This document shows positions 20,130 to 29,942 of a stretch of 64,000 bases of DNA, in pieces. Both the position numbers and the translations under genes were made by a program. The notes under the pieces were generated by a model, which had not been told where the DNA came from, made no database searches, and was given only the letters and a program-made list of their open reading frames with translations. The stretch covers positions 1,568,001 through 1,632,000 of the forward strand of contig CAVYSW010000003.1 of the NCBI GenBank assembly GCA_963771275.1. Direction: 5' to 3'. Each line of letters opens with the position of its first letter. Within the stretch, counting starts at the first letter, position 1. This DNA comes from an uncultured Gemmatimonadales bacterium (GTDB taxonomy: Bacteria; Gemmatimonadota; Gemmatimonadetes; Gemmatimonadales; GWC2-71-9).

Positions 20130-21040
20130 GGCTCGCCCACCGCCTCGCGGAACGCGGCCTCGAGCCGGCTCCGCGCGGGAAAGAAGGCGCGCACCTGCGC
20201 TCCCTGCCCGAGAATCCGGGCCAACCCCTCGTTCAGCTCGGCGAGCGAGCCGGAGACATCGTACGCCACCTGCCGCTCGCCGGGGGTGCGGACGCAGCGC
20301 GGGAACGCGCCGCCGACGTCGTCGTGGTCGGCTGCCAGAACCAGCCGGTAGTGCGCCGTGGCGTCGTCCTCCTCGGCCGAGGCGTCGGCCACGCGGGTCA
20401 ACCGCCCGCGGTCGAGAATCGCGACCCGGTCGGCGACGCGTTCCAGCTCATCGAGGTTGTGCGAGGCGATCAGAACCGCGCGGTCGGGGCGCCGCAGCTC
20501 GCCCACGATGTCGCGGAACCGCTGGGTCCACACCGGGTCGAGACCGTGCGTCGGCTCGTCGAGGATCACGACGGGTGAGTCGCTCAGGAGAGCCTGCGCC
20601 AGTCCCAGGCGCTGGAGGTTGCCCTTGGACAGCTGCTTCACCGGTTTGCGGCGTTGCTCGTCGATGCCAAGCCGGTCGATGACCGCCTCCACCCGGTCGA
20701 CGGCCGGTTGTCCGGACAGACCGGTGAGCACCGCGTAGCGCCGCAGCGCGCCCTGCACCGTCCACCAGGTGGGGATGCTCACCAGCTCCGAGAGGTAGGC
20801 GATCCCGTAGCGCCGGACGAAGACGGCGGGCGCCTGGCCGTCGATCGTCACTGCTCCCGCGGTGGGGTGCAGGAACCCCAACGTGAGCGCCAGCAGCGTG
20901 CTCTTGCCCGCGCCGTTCGGGCCGGCGATCCCCAGCACCTCGCCGGCCGCGATGTCGAGCGAGAAGCCGTCCACCGCCCGCACCGCTCGGCGGGTCAGGA
21001 CGGAGCGGTAGGTCTTGGAGACGTCGGCGAAGCGGATCAC
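20126..21040 (-). CDS. ABC transporter ATP-binding protein (ABC-2 type)
   Basis: Walker A GPNGAGKST, signature LSKGN, Walker B VILDEPT, H-loop ASH; GTG overlaps the upstream stop. Confidence 0.93.
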   Translation of the reverse strand: MIRFADVSKTYRSVLTRRAVRAVDGFSLDIAAGEVLGIAGPNGAGKSTLLALTLGFLHPTAGAVTIDGQAPAVFVRRYGIAYLSELVSIPTWWTVQGALRRYAVLTGLSGQPAVDRVEAVIDRLGIDEQRRKPVKQLSKGNLQRLGLAQALLSDSPVVILDEPTHGLDPVWTQRFRDIVGELRRPDRAVLIASHNLDELERVADRVAILDRGRLTRVADASAEEDDATAHYRLVLAADHDDVGGAFPRCVRTPGERQVAYDVSGSLAELNEGLARILGQGAQVRAFFPARSRLEAAFREAVGEP

Positions 21041-23823
21041 GGATGCTCGCTCAGTGCGTTCCAGTTGGCCATCGCGTTCAACGCCAGCGCGAACGACCCC
21101 TGGGTCTCCCACCGCCAGAACGGCCGGATGGCGAAGTAGACCACATGCCCCTTTCCCAGCGGCGCGTCGATCACCGCCGCCTGCTTGGCGAGATCGCTCC
21201 CACCGACCAACAGCCCGGATACGAGCAGCGAGTCCTGGCGCTGATGGAACTGGAGGATCACGCGGGCGCGGAGCCGGTCGATCTCGGCCACCACGGCCGG
21301 GTCCATCTGCGCTTCGGTCTCCCGCGCCGTGACGCTCGTGTCCTTCTGCTGCACGGTCATCAGCGGCGAGGCGTTGAAGTACACGGGGAAGGTGCGCTGG
21401 TCGTAACCGTAGAGCATGGGGCTGCCCGTCGCCACCGCCTGGGCGCGGAACACCGCGCCGCGCGTGCGCAGGCTGCGGGATTCGGTGATGCTCACGGTCG
21501 GCGTGAATCCCAGATCCACCGGGAGCTGTGTCGAGGCCCCCTCGACGAGCAACACGCCGCCCCGCTCGACGAACCGGCGGAGGGCGGCGGCGCCGTCGAG
21601 GCCCATGCCCGGCCGCATGTCGTCGGTCTGATCGATGCGCCCGAGATTGGGCGTCTGCGGCGTGTTCTTCCAGGGGATTGGCGGTCCCACCATCGGCGCG
21701 CCGTTCAAGATTGACGCTCCGCGGCCGCCCACGTGCGGGAAGACGACCACGTCGAACCGGTCCAGCGCGCCGGGCGCGCGCAGCGCCTGGTCAGAGATGT
21801 AGGTGTAGGGAAGACCCATGCGGTCGAACGCGAAGCGCACCCATCCCTCGTTCTGGGTCTCGCGCCAGGTGTGCATCAGGGCGATGCGCGGCAGGGTGAC
21901 GGGATGGCTGGACACCGCGGGCGCGGCGGAGACGGCGGCAGCGTCGAGCCCGAGCGCGACGATGGCGTCGCGGGTGGCGCTCCCCCCCCGGACCTCGCTC
22001 ACGATGAACGTGCCCGCCGGGAAGTCGCGGGCGCCCACCTTGAAGGCCGAGTCGGCCACGGCCACCTTGGCGCTTGCGACCTTCCACGGCAGCATGGCGG
22101 AGCGCCAGTCGCCGAGATGGCGCACCAAGTACGTGGAGCCGGCACCCGCGACCGCGCCCGCGACGGCGGCGTCGCTCGCCAGCGGGGTCATGGGCTGCGC
22201 CAGGACCGCCGAATCGGCCAGCGCCGTCGTCTCCACGTGCCGGAGCGCGTCGAGCGTCCATCCCGTGTCGTCGTACGGCTGCGGGAAGTCGGGTTTGTAG
22301 TCCTGGACGGCGAGCACGGTGCGGACGGTCGCCGTGTAGGGCTGGTCCATGCGGACGATCCAGTCACCCGACCGCACGGTGATGCGGTTCCTGGCGGACG
22401 TGTCGGCCGCCGCCTTCGGGTCCTTGCGGAGCGTGAAGGCGCGCTCGGCGACGTGGATCTCGACGCCGTTCATGCGGAACAGGTTGACCAGGTCCGCGGC
22501 TTCCGCCGCGTGGCGCTGGCCACGCGGGATCAGGTAGGCGTACGGGGCGCTCGTCCTGCCCCGCCGCACCATGCGCTCGGCCTTGGCGGCGAAGTTCGCC
22601 AGGAAGGTCTCGCGGTTGTCGGCGACGTAGCGGAGCGCCACCAGCACGCCCGATTCCTGATAGTTGATGTTCGACCGGATGCACCACCGGACGCCGTTGA
22701 CCGGCGGGTTCGGCCGGTACCACTCCTTGCCCGTCTGGCCACCCTGCAGGTTCACGGTGTGGCAATCCGCGCCCATCGACGTGTAGGTCTCGTAGAACTT
22801 GCCGAGCCCGTTGTGCAGGTTGGCGATCGCCAGCACGTAGTTGGGCGCCCAGCCGTCGTAGAAGCCGTGGGTCCAGACGCCGGGAAGCCCGCGGCGCGTC
22901 AGCTCGTTGATCTCCTGATACGCGAGCTGGTGCCACTCGTCCACCACGATCGGGTCGAACTCGTCGTTGTACGGCCCCGTCCCCGTGCTGGTGTAGAGGA
23001 ACGGCACGGACTCGTGCAGGTCGTGGCTCACGGTCGGCTTCCAGTGGAGAAAGCCGCGGATGTAGTTCTGCGTGAGCTTCTGGGACAGCACCATGCCGTC
23101 GCGGTTGTTGTCGTGGGCGGTGTATTTCCCCCAGTAGATGAGGTTCACCGCGCCGCGCGGCAGCTTGAGTGCCTTCGTCTCGTTGTACACATCCACCACA
23201 CGGTCGCGGCCGTCCACTTCCAGCACCGGCGTGATCAGCGTGATGACGTGATCACGGATGGCGCGCACGTGCTCCGACTCGTCCACCGCCAGGCGATAGG
23301 CCAGCTCCATCAGCATTTCCGGGCTGCCGGTCTCCGGCGAATGGATCGAGCCGGTGAGCCAGTAGATCGGCTTCGCCGTCTTGACGAGTCGGTCGCGCTC
23401 GGCCGGGGTGAGGTCGCGGGGATCGGCGAGCCGGGCGAGCATCCCGCGATACTCGTCGAGCCGGGTGATGGTCACCTCGTCCGAGACGGCGAGCGCGATC
23501 ATCTCGCGTCCTTCATCACTCATGCCCAGCGAGAACAGCGTGGCCCGTGGTGACGCGTCGGCGACTGCCTTGAGATAACGGTTGATGTCGGCCACGTGGC
23601 TCAGCTTCCCGACCGTTCCCGGCACGTAGCCCAGCACCTTGAGGGGGCTCGGCACCGTGGCGGAGGCCGGCAGATAGTCCACCAGCTCGGTGGTGAACTT
23701 CCACACCGAGTCGGCGGGCGTGAGCGAGCGGATGGCGGCGGTGTACGCCGAGTCGATGGACTGCTGCGCGGCGGCGGGGCCGGCCAGCAGGAGCAGCGCC
23801 AGGGAGCCGAGGCGACGGGACAT
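21037..23823 (-). CDS. M14 family zinc carboxypeptidase, secreted
   Basis: Signal peptide; 'GSIHSPE' (HxxE), 'HDNNRD', 'HDLHE'; C-terminal GATase-like fold. Confidence 0.9.
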   Translation of the reverse strand: MSRRLGSLALLLLAGPAAAQQSIDSAYTAAIRSLTPADSVWKFTTELVDYLPASATVPSPLKVLGYVPGTVGKLSHVADINRYLKAVADASPRATLFSLGMSDEGREMIALAVSDEVTITRLDEYRGMLARLADPRDLTPAERDRLVKTAKPIYWLTGSIHSPETGSPEMLMELAYRLAVDESEHVRAIRDHVITLITPVLEVDGRDRVVDVYNETKALKLPRGAVNLIYWGKYTAHDNNRDGMVLSQKLTQNYIRGFLHWKPTVSHDLHESVPFLYTSTGTGPYNDEFDPIVVDEWHQLAYQEINELTRRGLPGVWTHGFYDGWAPNYVLAIANLHNGLGKFYETYTSMGADCHTVNLQGGQTGKEWYRPNPPVNGVRWCIRSNINYQESGVLVALRYVADNRETFLANFAAKAERMVRRGRTSAPYAYLIPRGQRHAAEAADLVNLFRMNGVEIHVAERAFTLRKDPKAAADTSARNRITVRSGDWIVRMDQPYTATVRTVLAVQDYKPDFPQPYDDTGWTLDALRHVETTALADSAVLAQPMTPLASDAAVAGAVAGAGSTYLVRHLGDWRSAMLPWKVASAKVAVADSAFKVGARDFPAGTFIVSEVRGGSATRDAIVALGLDAAAVSAAPAVSSHPVTLPRIALMHTWRETQNEGWVRFAFDRMGLPYTYISDQALRAPGALDRFDVVVFPHVGGRGASILNGAPMVGPPIPWKNTPQTPNLGRIDQTDDMRPGMGLDGAAALRRFVERGGVLLVEGASTQLPVDLGFTPTVSITESRSLRTRGAVFRAQAVATGSPMLYGYDQRTFPVYFNASPLMTVQQKDTSVTARETEAQMDPAVVAEIDRLRARVILQFHQRQDSLLVSGLLVGGSDLAKQAAVIDAPLGKGHVVYFAIRPFWRWETQGSFALALNAMANWNALSEHP

Positions 23824-23892
23824 GGCGGATACCGGCAGGGAAGGGGACCGGAGAAGGTAGGGCGAGGGGGAGGTCGCGGCAATGGCCGGAGA

Positions 23893-24146
23893 TCAGCGCG
23901 TCAAGCCCGCCGTTCGCCGGCGCGTATGCACAATCGCTTGATCGGCTCCTTGCTCGATTACGAGGGCGGCAGAGTCCAGGAAAGCGCGAAGCAGCTTGGT
24001 GCGGCCGGACTGGAGGAGCCGCTGCGCCGTTCCCCGGGAGACCCCCATCCGTTGTCCAGCCGCCTCTTGCTCCAGGCCGTCCGCGTCGCAGAGCCGCATC
24101 GCCTCCAGCTCATCGAGCCCAGCCGCACCACTTTCAGGCCCGACAT
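23893..24146 (-). pseudogene. DUF134 (UPF0251) DNA-binding protein, N-terminally truncated with one frameshift
   Basis: MSGLKVVRLG, then a frame change at about 24118, then LDELEAMRLCDADGLEQEAAGQRMGVSRGTAQRLLQSGRTKL; usual N-terminal PRP/FKP segment absent. Confidence 0.75.
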
Positions 24147-24153
24147 GTTGTTA

Positions 24154-24167
24154 TGTGCATATGCACA
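24154..24167. promoter_or_regulatory. Perfect 14-bp palindrome, candidate DUF134 operator
   Basis: TGTGCATATGCACA in an AT-rich patch just upstream of the DUF134 remnant. Confidence 0.6.
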
Positions 24168-24339
24168 ATATCTGCGCCGGGGACCCCCGTTAAGGGCGGC
24201 GAGCCATCACCGTTGTCTCGCGGCTTTGCGGTACCGGGCAAGGAGCATTTGGCGGGCGAGCGGCGACAGCCGCCGTCCGCCTCCAGACGCCGACAGGTGC
24301 CGTAGCCGATCACGGGGATTTCGACGGAAGATGAGACGT

Positions 24340-24909
24340 TCATCCCACTATCCCCTCCAGCTTCACGGCGTCCAACCACACCGTCCCCGATCCGCCGATC
24401 ATGATCACCAGGAGCACTTGGGCTTCGTCTTGCGCGACGGACAGCGTCTCCTCGAACGTTTCCCAGCCGGCGGTGGAAACGGACGTGTCGATGATGAGAT
24501 CTCGTCGCCGCACCGTCATTCCGGACGCGTCCTGCACGATCCGGTTGACCTTGAGATTGCACCCTTCGTTCCTGAACGACATGCTGAACCGGTAGTTCTT
24601 CCCGGGCTGAACCGCGACCTGGCTGCTGCGGAGGGCCGGAAGCCTCTCACTCGGTCGCACGAAGAGCTTGAGGGAGTGGTGTCCTTCGACGACCTCGGCC
24701 GAATCCAGGACGACCTGGAGCGTGCTGTCAGCCTTCGGATTGGGGAAGAACGCCCAGTTGACGGGATACCCGGCCTCGGTGATCTCGAAGCTTCCGTTCA
24801 GACCGGCCGTGCCGTTCCTCTCGAGCAGCTCGTCGCTCTGGCAGGCAGCCGCAAGCACGCACGCCGCGCCGAGCGTAGCCGCGCGCCATTCTCGGTCGAA
24901 CTTGCCCAT
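24340..24909 (-). CDS. Lipoprotein with carbohydrate-binding (galactose-binding-like/CBM4_9-like) fold
   Basis: Lipobox 'AAAC'; 'NGSFE', 'EGHHSLK', 'VQPGKNYRFS', 'GTVWLDAVKL'; GAGGAGG upstream. Confidence 0.7.
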   Translation of the reverse strand: MGKFDREWRAATLGAACVLAAACQSDELLERNGTAGLNGSFEITEAGYPVNWAFFPNPKADSTLQVVLDSAEVVEGHHSLKLFVRPSERLPALRSSQVAVQPGKNYRFSMSFRNEGCNLKVNRIVQDASGMTVRRRDLIIDTSVSTAGWETFEETLSVAQDEAQVLLVIMIGGSGTVWLDAVKLEGIVG

Positions 24910-24941
24910 GTGTCTCCCTCCTCTCAGGGTTGGACGCCGCG

Positions 24942-25697
24942 CTAGCCCGGGTGCGTGGATTGCGGCGCTGGGCTGCCGGCTTCCTCCCCGGCGTCCACGC
25001 GCCCCGCCCCTAGCAGCGTCAGCCCACACGCCCCGAGCGGCAGGACCGTGGTCAGCAGCACGGGCCAGGCGTTCATCCGCGTGGTGAAGGACTCGTACAA
25101 ATCGAAGGCGAAGAACACGTAGAGCGCCACGAGTACGAGCAGAGCGCCGGTGATGCGCGGCCAGCGCCGGGCGGTCCACGCCAACACGAAGAAGGGCACG
25201 GCGAGACGCGCTTCCAGAAGAAGCGTCACTGGCTGGGTGAGGTGCGAGAGGCCCGTGAAGACGAGCCAGAACGAACCGAATATCAGGAGAACACGGGAGA
25301 CCGCGCGCCGCGCGCCCCAGTAGGTGAGCAGCGTGCTGAGGAGCCACACCACGACGAGCAGGATCAGGAGCCCGCCCATCGACAGAGCAAGCTCGGAATC
25401 CAGGTTCGCCGTTCCCCGCTGCGCCACGGCCAGCCACACGCTCAGGAACAAGCCCGCCGCCAGGTAGGCTCGGTAGCCTGACGCCCGGGAGGCTTCCCGC
25501 TGGAATTCGTCCTGGTCTTTCAGGATCCCCATTTCTCGGAGCGCGCCGGGCCCGAAGGCACCGACACCGAAGACCATCAGGAAGGCCATATCCACGGTGG
25601 CGGCCAACACCGCCCCGGCGACCACGAACAGGCCCGCCACCAGCGTGGCCGTGGAAATGCCCTTGCGGCGTTCCGTCCCGGCACCGGATCCACTCAT
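24942..25697 (-). CDS. Multi-pass membrane protein, unknown function
   Basis: About eight hydrophobic segments; 'DEFQREASRASGYRAY' resembles DUF2178-like partners of XRE regulators; ATGA overlap. Confidence 0.7.
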   Translation of the reverse strand: MSGSGAGTERRKGISTATLVAGLFVVAGAVLAATVDMAFLMVFGVGAFGPGALREMGILKDQDEFQREASRASGYRAYLAAGLFLSVWLAVAQRGTANLDSELALSMGGLLILLVVVWLLSTLLTYWGARRAVSRVLLIFGSFWLVFTGLSHLTQPVTLLLEARLAVPFFVLAWTARRWPRITGALLVLVALYVFFAFDLYESFTTRMNAWPVLLTTVLPLGACGLTLLGAGRVDAGEEAGSPAPQSTHPG

Positions 25698-25924
25698 GAG
25701 GGTTCCTCCTGGTCATCCAACTGAAAGAGGTCCTCCACCGCAAGCCCCAGCGCCCGGGCCAAGCGGATGGCCAACTCAATGCTGGGGTTGTACTTACCTG
25801 TCTCGATGGAATGGATGGTCTGGCGGGTAACACCGACCCGATCGGCCAAATCGGCCTGGGTCATGCCGTCCGCCGTCAGGCGATACCTGCGAAGGTGGTT
25901 GTGTACGTGGCCCGTGAGTCCCAT
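25694..25924 (-). CDS. XRE (HTH_3) transcriptional regulator
   Basis: 'MTQADLADRVGVTRQTIHSIETGKYNPSIELAIRLARAL..VEDLF'. Confidence 0.92.
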   Translation of the reverse strand: MGLTGHVHNHLRRYRLTADGMTQADLADRVGVTRQTIHSIETGKYNPSIELAIRLARALGLAVEDLFQLDDQEEPS

Positions 25925-25933
25925 GGGCATAAA

Positions 25934-25970
25934 GTACAGCACGCTTCACATGTCGTCAAGCGTGCTTTAC
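25934..25970. promoter_or_regulatory. Paired 16-bp candidate XRE operator sites
   Basis: GTACAGCACGCTTCAC (25934-25949) and GTCAAGCGTGCTTTAC (25955-25970) are inverted copies matching at 14/16; each is quasi-palindromic. Confidence 0.65.
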
Positions 25971-26254
25971 ATGCGTCCACGAGAGTTCTGACGGCTGGGC
26001 TGCTCGTGCGCGGGTCGGGAAAGAGGCATGTCGCTCTCGGTCTACGGAACGTGCGCAACGGGCCGACGACGCCTCACCCGGCTGGTTCCGGCGCTCACTC
26101 GCGAGAACGATCTTCGACCTGCCATGATCGACATCCACGGGCATTCACCGGTGCTGGTCGCCATGATCGGCAACGGATTGGTGGAGTCCGCTCCTGTGTT
26201 CAACAGCACCGCCACGGCGCGACGGCAGTCGCTGGCGCCGGCCAGTCGGGCGCG

Positions 26255-27343
26255 TCAGCTCGGCTCGTCGGGAGTCCCTTCCGCCAGGATCTCATCCGGC
26301 AGCCGCCCCTTCATCAGCTCGCGCACACCTCCCTCGACCACCAGCGCTGATGCAGTGGCCATCGCGACGCGTTTGCCCTCGGCATTGTCCACATCGCAGG
26401 AGCTGACGCGCAGCAGCCGGCCGCGGTGGCGCACAGTGGCGGTGAACGTGAGGTCCCCCGCGTTGATGAGCGCGGGCCGCGTGAAGCGGATGTGCATGTC
26501 GAGGGTGGCGAACACGTCCCCGGCGCCGAGCGTGGAGTACACCGCCGCGCCCATCGTGAACTCGGCAGCCCACGCCAGCAGCCCGCCGTAGATCGACGGC
26601 CCGCCATTCGAGAACCACCCGGACGACGGCAGGACCGCCGTGACGTGACCGTCCTCGACCTTGGTTGGGCGGTATCCGGTGAGGCGCCACACCGGGAAGA
26701 TCTTCTTCCCGGCGGTCGTGAGCCGCTGCAGCTCGATGGGGATGCCATTCAAGACTTCGGCGAGGCTGAAGTAGCCGTCCTCCGGCGCGGGCCGCCGCCA
26801 GGGATCTGGGGGGCTGCTGGGACCGGGATCGGGCGCGGGATATTCCGCGCGCGGGTCCACGGGTACGTCGGTGATCAGGCAGCGGGTGCTGCCGAACGCG
26901 AGCATGCGGCCGTCCTGATCGGTGATCTGGAGCGTGGAGAGCCCCACCTGGCTTCCCGCGTGGATCGTTTCCGCACGGCCGACCATGTTGTTCGTCTTGC
27001 GGCTCATCGGCCGGACGAACGACAGGCTCAGCTCGGAGGTCGCGACCGCCTTCCCGGGAGGAAGCGTGGTCCAGATCGCGGACGCCAGCGGCGCGTCGGC
27101 AAAGAGGGCGTACACGCCGCCCCAGTACAACCCAAAGCCGTCCTCCAGCCAGGGGGTGACCGGCATCGCGAACGTGGCCTTGCCGAGGCCCGCCTCCGTC
27201 GGGCGCATGCCGAGCAGCCGCGATACCGGCGGGCCCGGGAGATCGCCGCGGATGTAGCGCCTGAAGGTCTCGAGCCCCGGTTGCTGAAAGGCCCGGAGGT
27301 CGCCAATCGCGCCCCTGAAGGGCTCGTCCGTGATGTTGTCCAT
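26255..27343 (-). CDS. PaaI-family thioesterase, double hot-dog fold
   Basis: Two repeats: 'YWGGVYALFAD...TSELSLSFVRP' and 'IYGGLLAWAAE...TLDMHIRFTRP'. Confidence 0.85.
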   Translation of the reverse strand: MDNITDEPFRGAIGDLRAFQQPGLETFRRYIRGDLPGPPVSRLLGMRPTEAGLGKATFAMPVTPWLEDGFGLYWGGVYALFADAPLASAIWTTLPPGKAVATSELSLSFVRPMSRKTNNMVGRAETIHAGSQVGLSTLQITDQDGRMLAFGSTRCLITDVPVDPRAEYPAPDPGPSSPPDPWRRPAPEDGYFSLAEVLNGIPIELQRLTTAGKKIFPVWRLTGYRPTKVEDGHVTAVLPSSGWFSNGGPSIYGGLLAWAAEFTMGAAVYSTLGAGDVFATLDMHIRFTRPALINAGDLTFTATVRHRGRLLRVSSCDVDNAEGKRVAMATASALVVEGGVRELMKGRLPDEILAEGTPDEPS

Positions 27344-27349
27344 GGCGCC

Positions 27350-29938
27350 TTACCGGCGGAACGGTCCGCGCCGGTCCGGCGGCGCGCTGACCGGAATGCG
27401 GTACTTCGGCGCGCCGGCGGCGAGCGACGCTACCACTCGCCCGCGCACCAACAGCCCAGCTCGAAGCGCTGGGCTTGCGGCGACGGGACCGCCGTAGCGG
27501 GGGGAAGCCGGCCCGGGGTCGCTGCCGTCGGTGGTGTAGCGCACCTCGTGCGCGGGCTCCGGGCCTTCGAGCGCCGCCGAGGCGGCGAGAATCCGCGACG
27601 AGCCGCCGCTCGGGACGACGGCCAACGCGTGCACCAAGCCGGGGAAGGTGTGCGGTGCGGTCTCCACCAGGATTGTCGAGATGCCGGCGTCACTGGCGAA
27701 CGGATTGGCGCCGATGAGCGTGGCGCCGCCCGTGACGCCGAACGCCACGTTCTCCCAGGCGTCCGGTACGACCGTCCCGTTCGCGTCGCACAGCGCGGCG
27801 TAGCAGAAGACGTGGTCCTTGCGCTCGCGGTCCGGCCGGCGGCCGAAGAGATCGAAGGCGAGCGTCAGGCGATCGACGGCTCCGGGCGTGCGCACCGCGT
27901 GCGTAGCCGCGCGCCGGCCCGCGATGTAGCCCACCGCCTCCAGGGTGCCGGGCCGGAAGCCGTCGAGGTGAAACGTGAACGGCGGGTGCGCGAGCCGCGT
28001 GCTCGTGCGGTCCCTGTCGGGTTTCTGGCGAGCGACCAGGTTGCCATTGAGCAGGAGGGCGACCTCCTCGCAGTTGCTGAACACGCGAACGTCGGTGGCT
28101 GAGGCCGGCGTCCAGTCGCTGGCGATGAAGACCACGGGCTCGCCCGCGGACCGCTGGCTGCGGAAGAAGTGGTAGGAGAGCTTGGGCAGCCGGAAGATGT
28201 CCATGCAGCCCGAGGACTCGACGTCCGGCGCGTAGCCCCGGTTGTAGTCGTACATCACCCAGAGGCCGTCGGCGAACGCGATGGTGGCGCGGTTGTCGTT
28301 GTGCGCCTCCTGGAAGTTGGTGGCCTGCTGCAGCAACGCCCGCTCGCCCTGCCAGCGGAGCTGGCGGCTGTTGCTCTCCGCCGGCGTCAGGTTCTGCCAG
28401 GCGCCCTGGTCGAGTCCGGCGTTCATGGCGTAGTACTCCCAGTCGCCGTACTCGCTCACGAGGCACGCCTGCTCCGTCTCGTGACGGCAGCCGCCGTGCT
28501 GGCGCGCGTCGATGAAGACGTCGTAGCCGCGCACCCAGCCGGCCGTGAAGCACTGGTCACCCGGGTATTCCTCGTGCGCGATGGCGTGGGTCTGGGCCAC
28601 GAACGCCGGCGGCATGGCCGACTCGTTGAGCGAGACCTCCCAGAGGATCACGCACGCATGATTGCGGTCTCGGCGCACGAGGTCACGGCAGTTTCGGTAC
28701 TGGAGCTCCGCGAAGGCGGGGTCGGGGTTGAAGTACTGCCAGCCGGGAAGGCAGTTCATCACCACCAGGCCCAGCTCGTCACAGGCGTCCATGAACGCGG
28801 GCGCGTGCGCGTAGTGCGACAGCCGCACGTAGTCGAAGCCGGCCTCCTTGATCTTCCGGGCGTCGCGGTACTGTGCCGCGTCCGACAACGCGTAGCCGAT
28901 GTACGGATACTCCTGGTGCCGATTGGCGCCGCGCAGGAACATCGGCTCGCCGTTGATGCTGAACCCGTCGCGCGAGATGGCGATGTGCCGGATGCCGATC
29001 CGCACGGTCTCGGCATCCACGATGCCGGCGTCGCTCACGACCTCGCTGTCGAGCGTATGGAGGTTGGGGGTCGCGGGACTCCACAGCTGTGGCGACGTCA
29101 CCTCCAGCTCCTGCGTCACCTCCGTATCGGCGCCGGACGCGAGGGTCAACGGCTTGGAGATGGCTGACGTCACCACCGTGCCGTCGGGCGCGCGCAGCGT
29201 GACGCGCACGCGGAGGCCGCGGGACTCCAGGTGCTCGTTCCGCACGTGGGTCTTGATCCGCACAGTGGCGGCATCGCGCGCGACCCGCGGGTAGGTGACG
29301 AATACGCCGCCGCTCGCGGGCCGGCCGGCCAGCAGCGGATCGGTGATGTGCAGGCGGTCCTTGGTGATCAGGTAGACGGGCCGATACAGCCCGTGATACA
29401 TGTTGAAGTCGAGCTGGGCCAGCGGCTTGGGGCCGGTGATGGGGTTGTCGCGATTGTCGAGCCGCACGGCCAGCAGGTGTTTCTTGCCGGGCGTCACATG
29501 CTGGCTCAGGTCCAGCGCGAATGGGAGATAGCCGCCCAGGTGGCCGCCGATGCGCTCGCCATCGAGCCACACCTCGGCCACGTTCATCGCGCCATCGAAG
29601 CGGAGCAGCACCGTCCCGCCGGCCGGCGCCGGCTCCAGGGCGAGCGTGCGGCGATACCAGCAGACGCCCTGCCACTGGGCCTCGGGCGATCCGGCCGGCC
29701 CGGTCACCAGCGCCTCGATGCGCGCCGTGTGCGGCAGTGTGGCCGCTTCCCAGGCCGCGTCATCCAACGCGGCGCTCTGCGCGCCCTCCGGATCGTCACG
29801 CAGGAACCTCCAGCCGTCGTCAAGGCGGAATACGCGGCGCCTGCTTTCCGGGGCCGAGCCCACGGGCCGGCGCGGCGCGCGGAGCGCCACTGCCGCACCC
29901 GCGACCGTCATCCCCGCTACGAAGTCTCTCCGCTTCAT
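27350..29938 (-). CDS. GH2 beta-galactosidase-like glycosidase, Tat-exported
   Basis: Tat motif 'MKRRDFV'; 'RGANRHQEYP', 'VRLSHY', 'RDRNHACVILW..LNE', 'VSEYG'. Confidence 0.92.
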   Translation of the reverse strand: MKRRDFVAGMTVAGAAVALRAPRRPVGSAPESRRRVFRLDDGWRFLRDDPEGAQSAALDDAAWEAATLPHTARIEALVTGPAGSPEAQWQGVCWYRRTLALEPAPAGGTVLLRFDGAMNVAEVWLDGERIGGHLGGYLPFALDLSQHVTPGKKHLLAVRLDNRDNPITGPKPLAQLDFNMYHGLYRPVYLITKDRLHITDPLLAGRPASGGVFVTYPRVARDAATVRIKTHVRNEHLESRGLRVRVTLRAPDGTVVTSAISKPLTLASGADTEVTQELEVTSPQLWSPATPNLHTLDSEVVSDAGIVDAETVRIGIRHIAISRDGFSINGEPMFLRGANRHQEYPYIGYALSDAAQYRDARKIKEAGFDYVRLSHYAHAPAFMDACDELGLVVMNCLPGWQYFNPDPAFAELQYRNCRDLVRRDRNHACVILWEVSLNESAMPPAFVAQTHAIAHEEYPGDQCFTAGWVRGYDVFIDARQHGGCRHETEQACLVSEYGDWEYYAMNAGLDQGAWQNLTPAESNSRQLRWQGERALLQQATNFQEAHNDNRATIAFADGLWVMYDYNRGYAPDVESSGCMDIFRLPKLSYHFFRSQRSAGEPVVFIASDWTPASATDVRVFSNCEEVALLLNGNLVARQKPDRDRTSTRLAHPPFTFHLDGFRPGTLEAVGYIAGRRAATHAVRTPGAVDRLTLAFDLFGRRPDRERKDHVFCYAALCDANGTVVPDAWENVAFGVTGGATLIGANPFASDAGISTILVETAPHTFPGLVHALAVVPSGGSSRILAASAALEGPEPAHEVRYTTDGSDPGPASPRYGGPVAASPALRAGLLVRGRVVASLAAGAPKYRIPVSAPPDRRGPFRR

Positions 29939-29942
29939 CGGA

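Noticed and set aside
25971..26254. Short ORFs and a twice-repeated GCCATGATCG.CA in the intergenic region
   Set aside because: No RBS or motif support; repeat too short to be significant.
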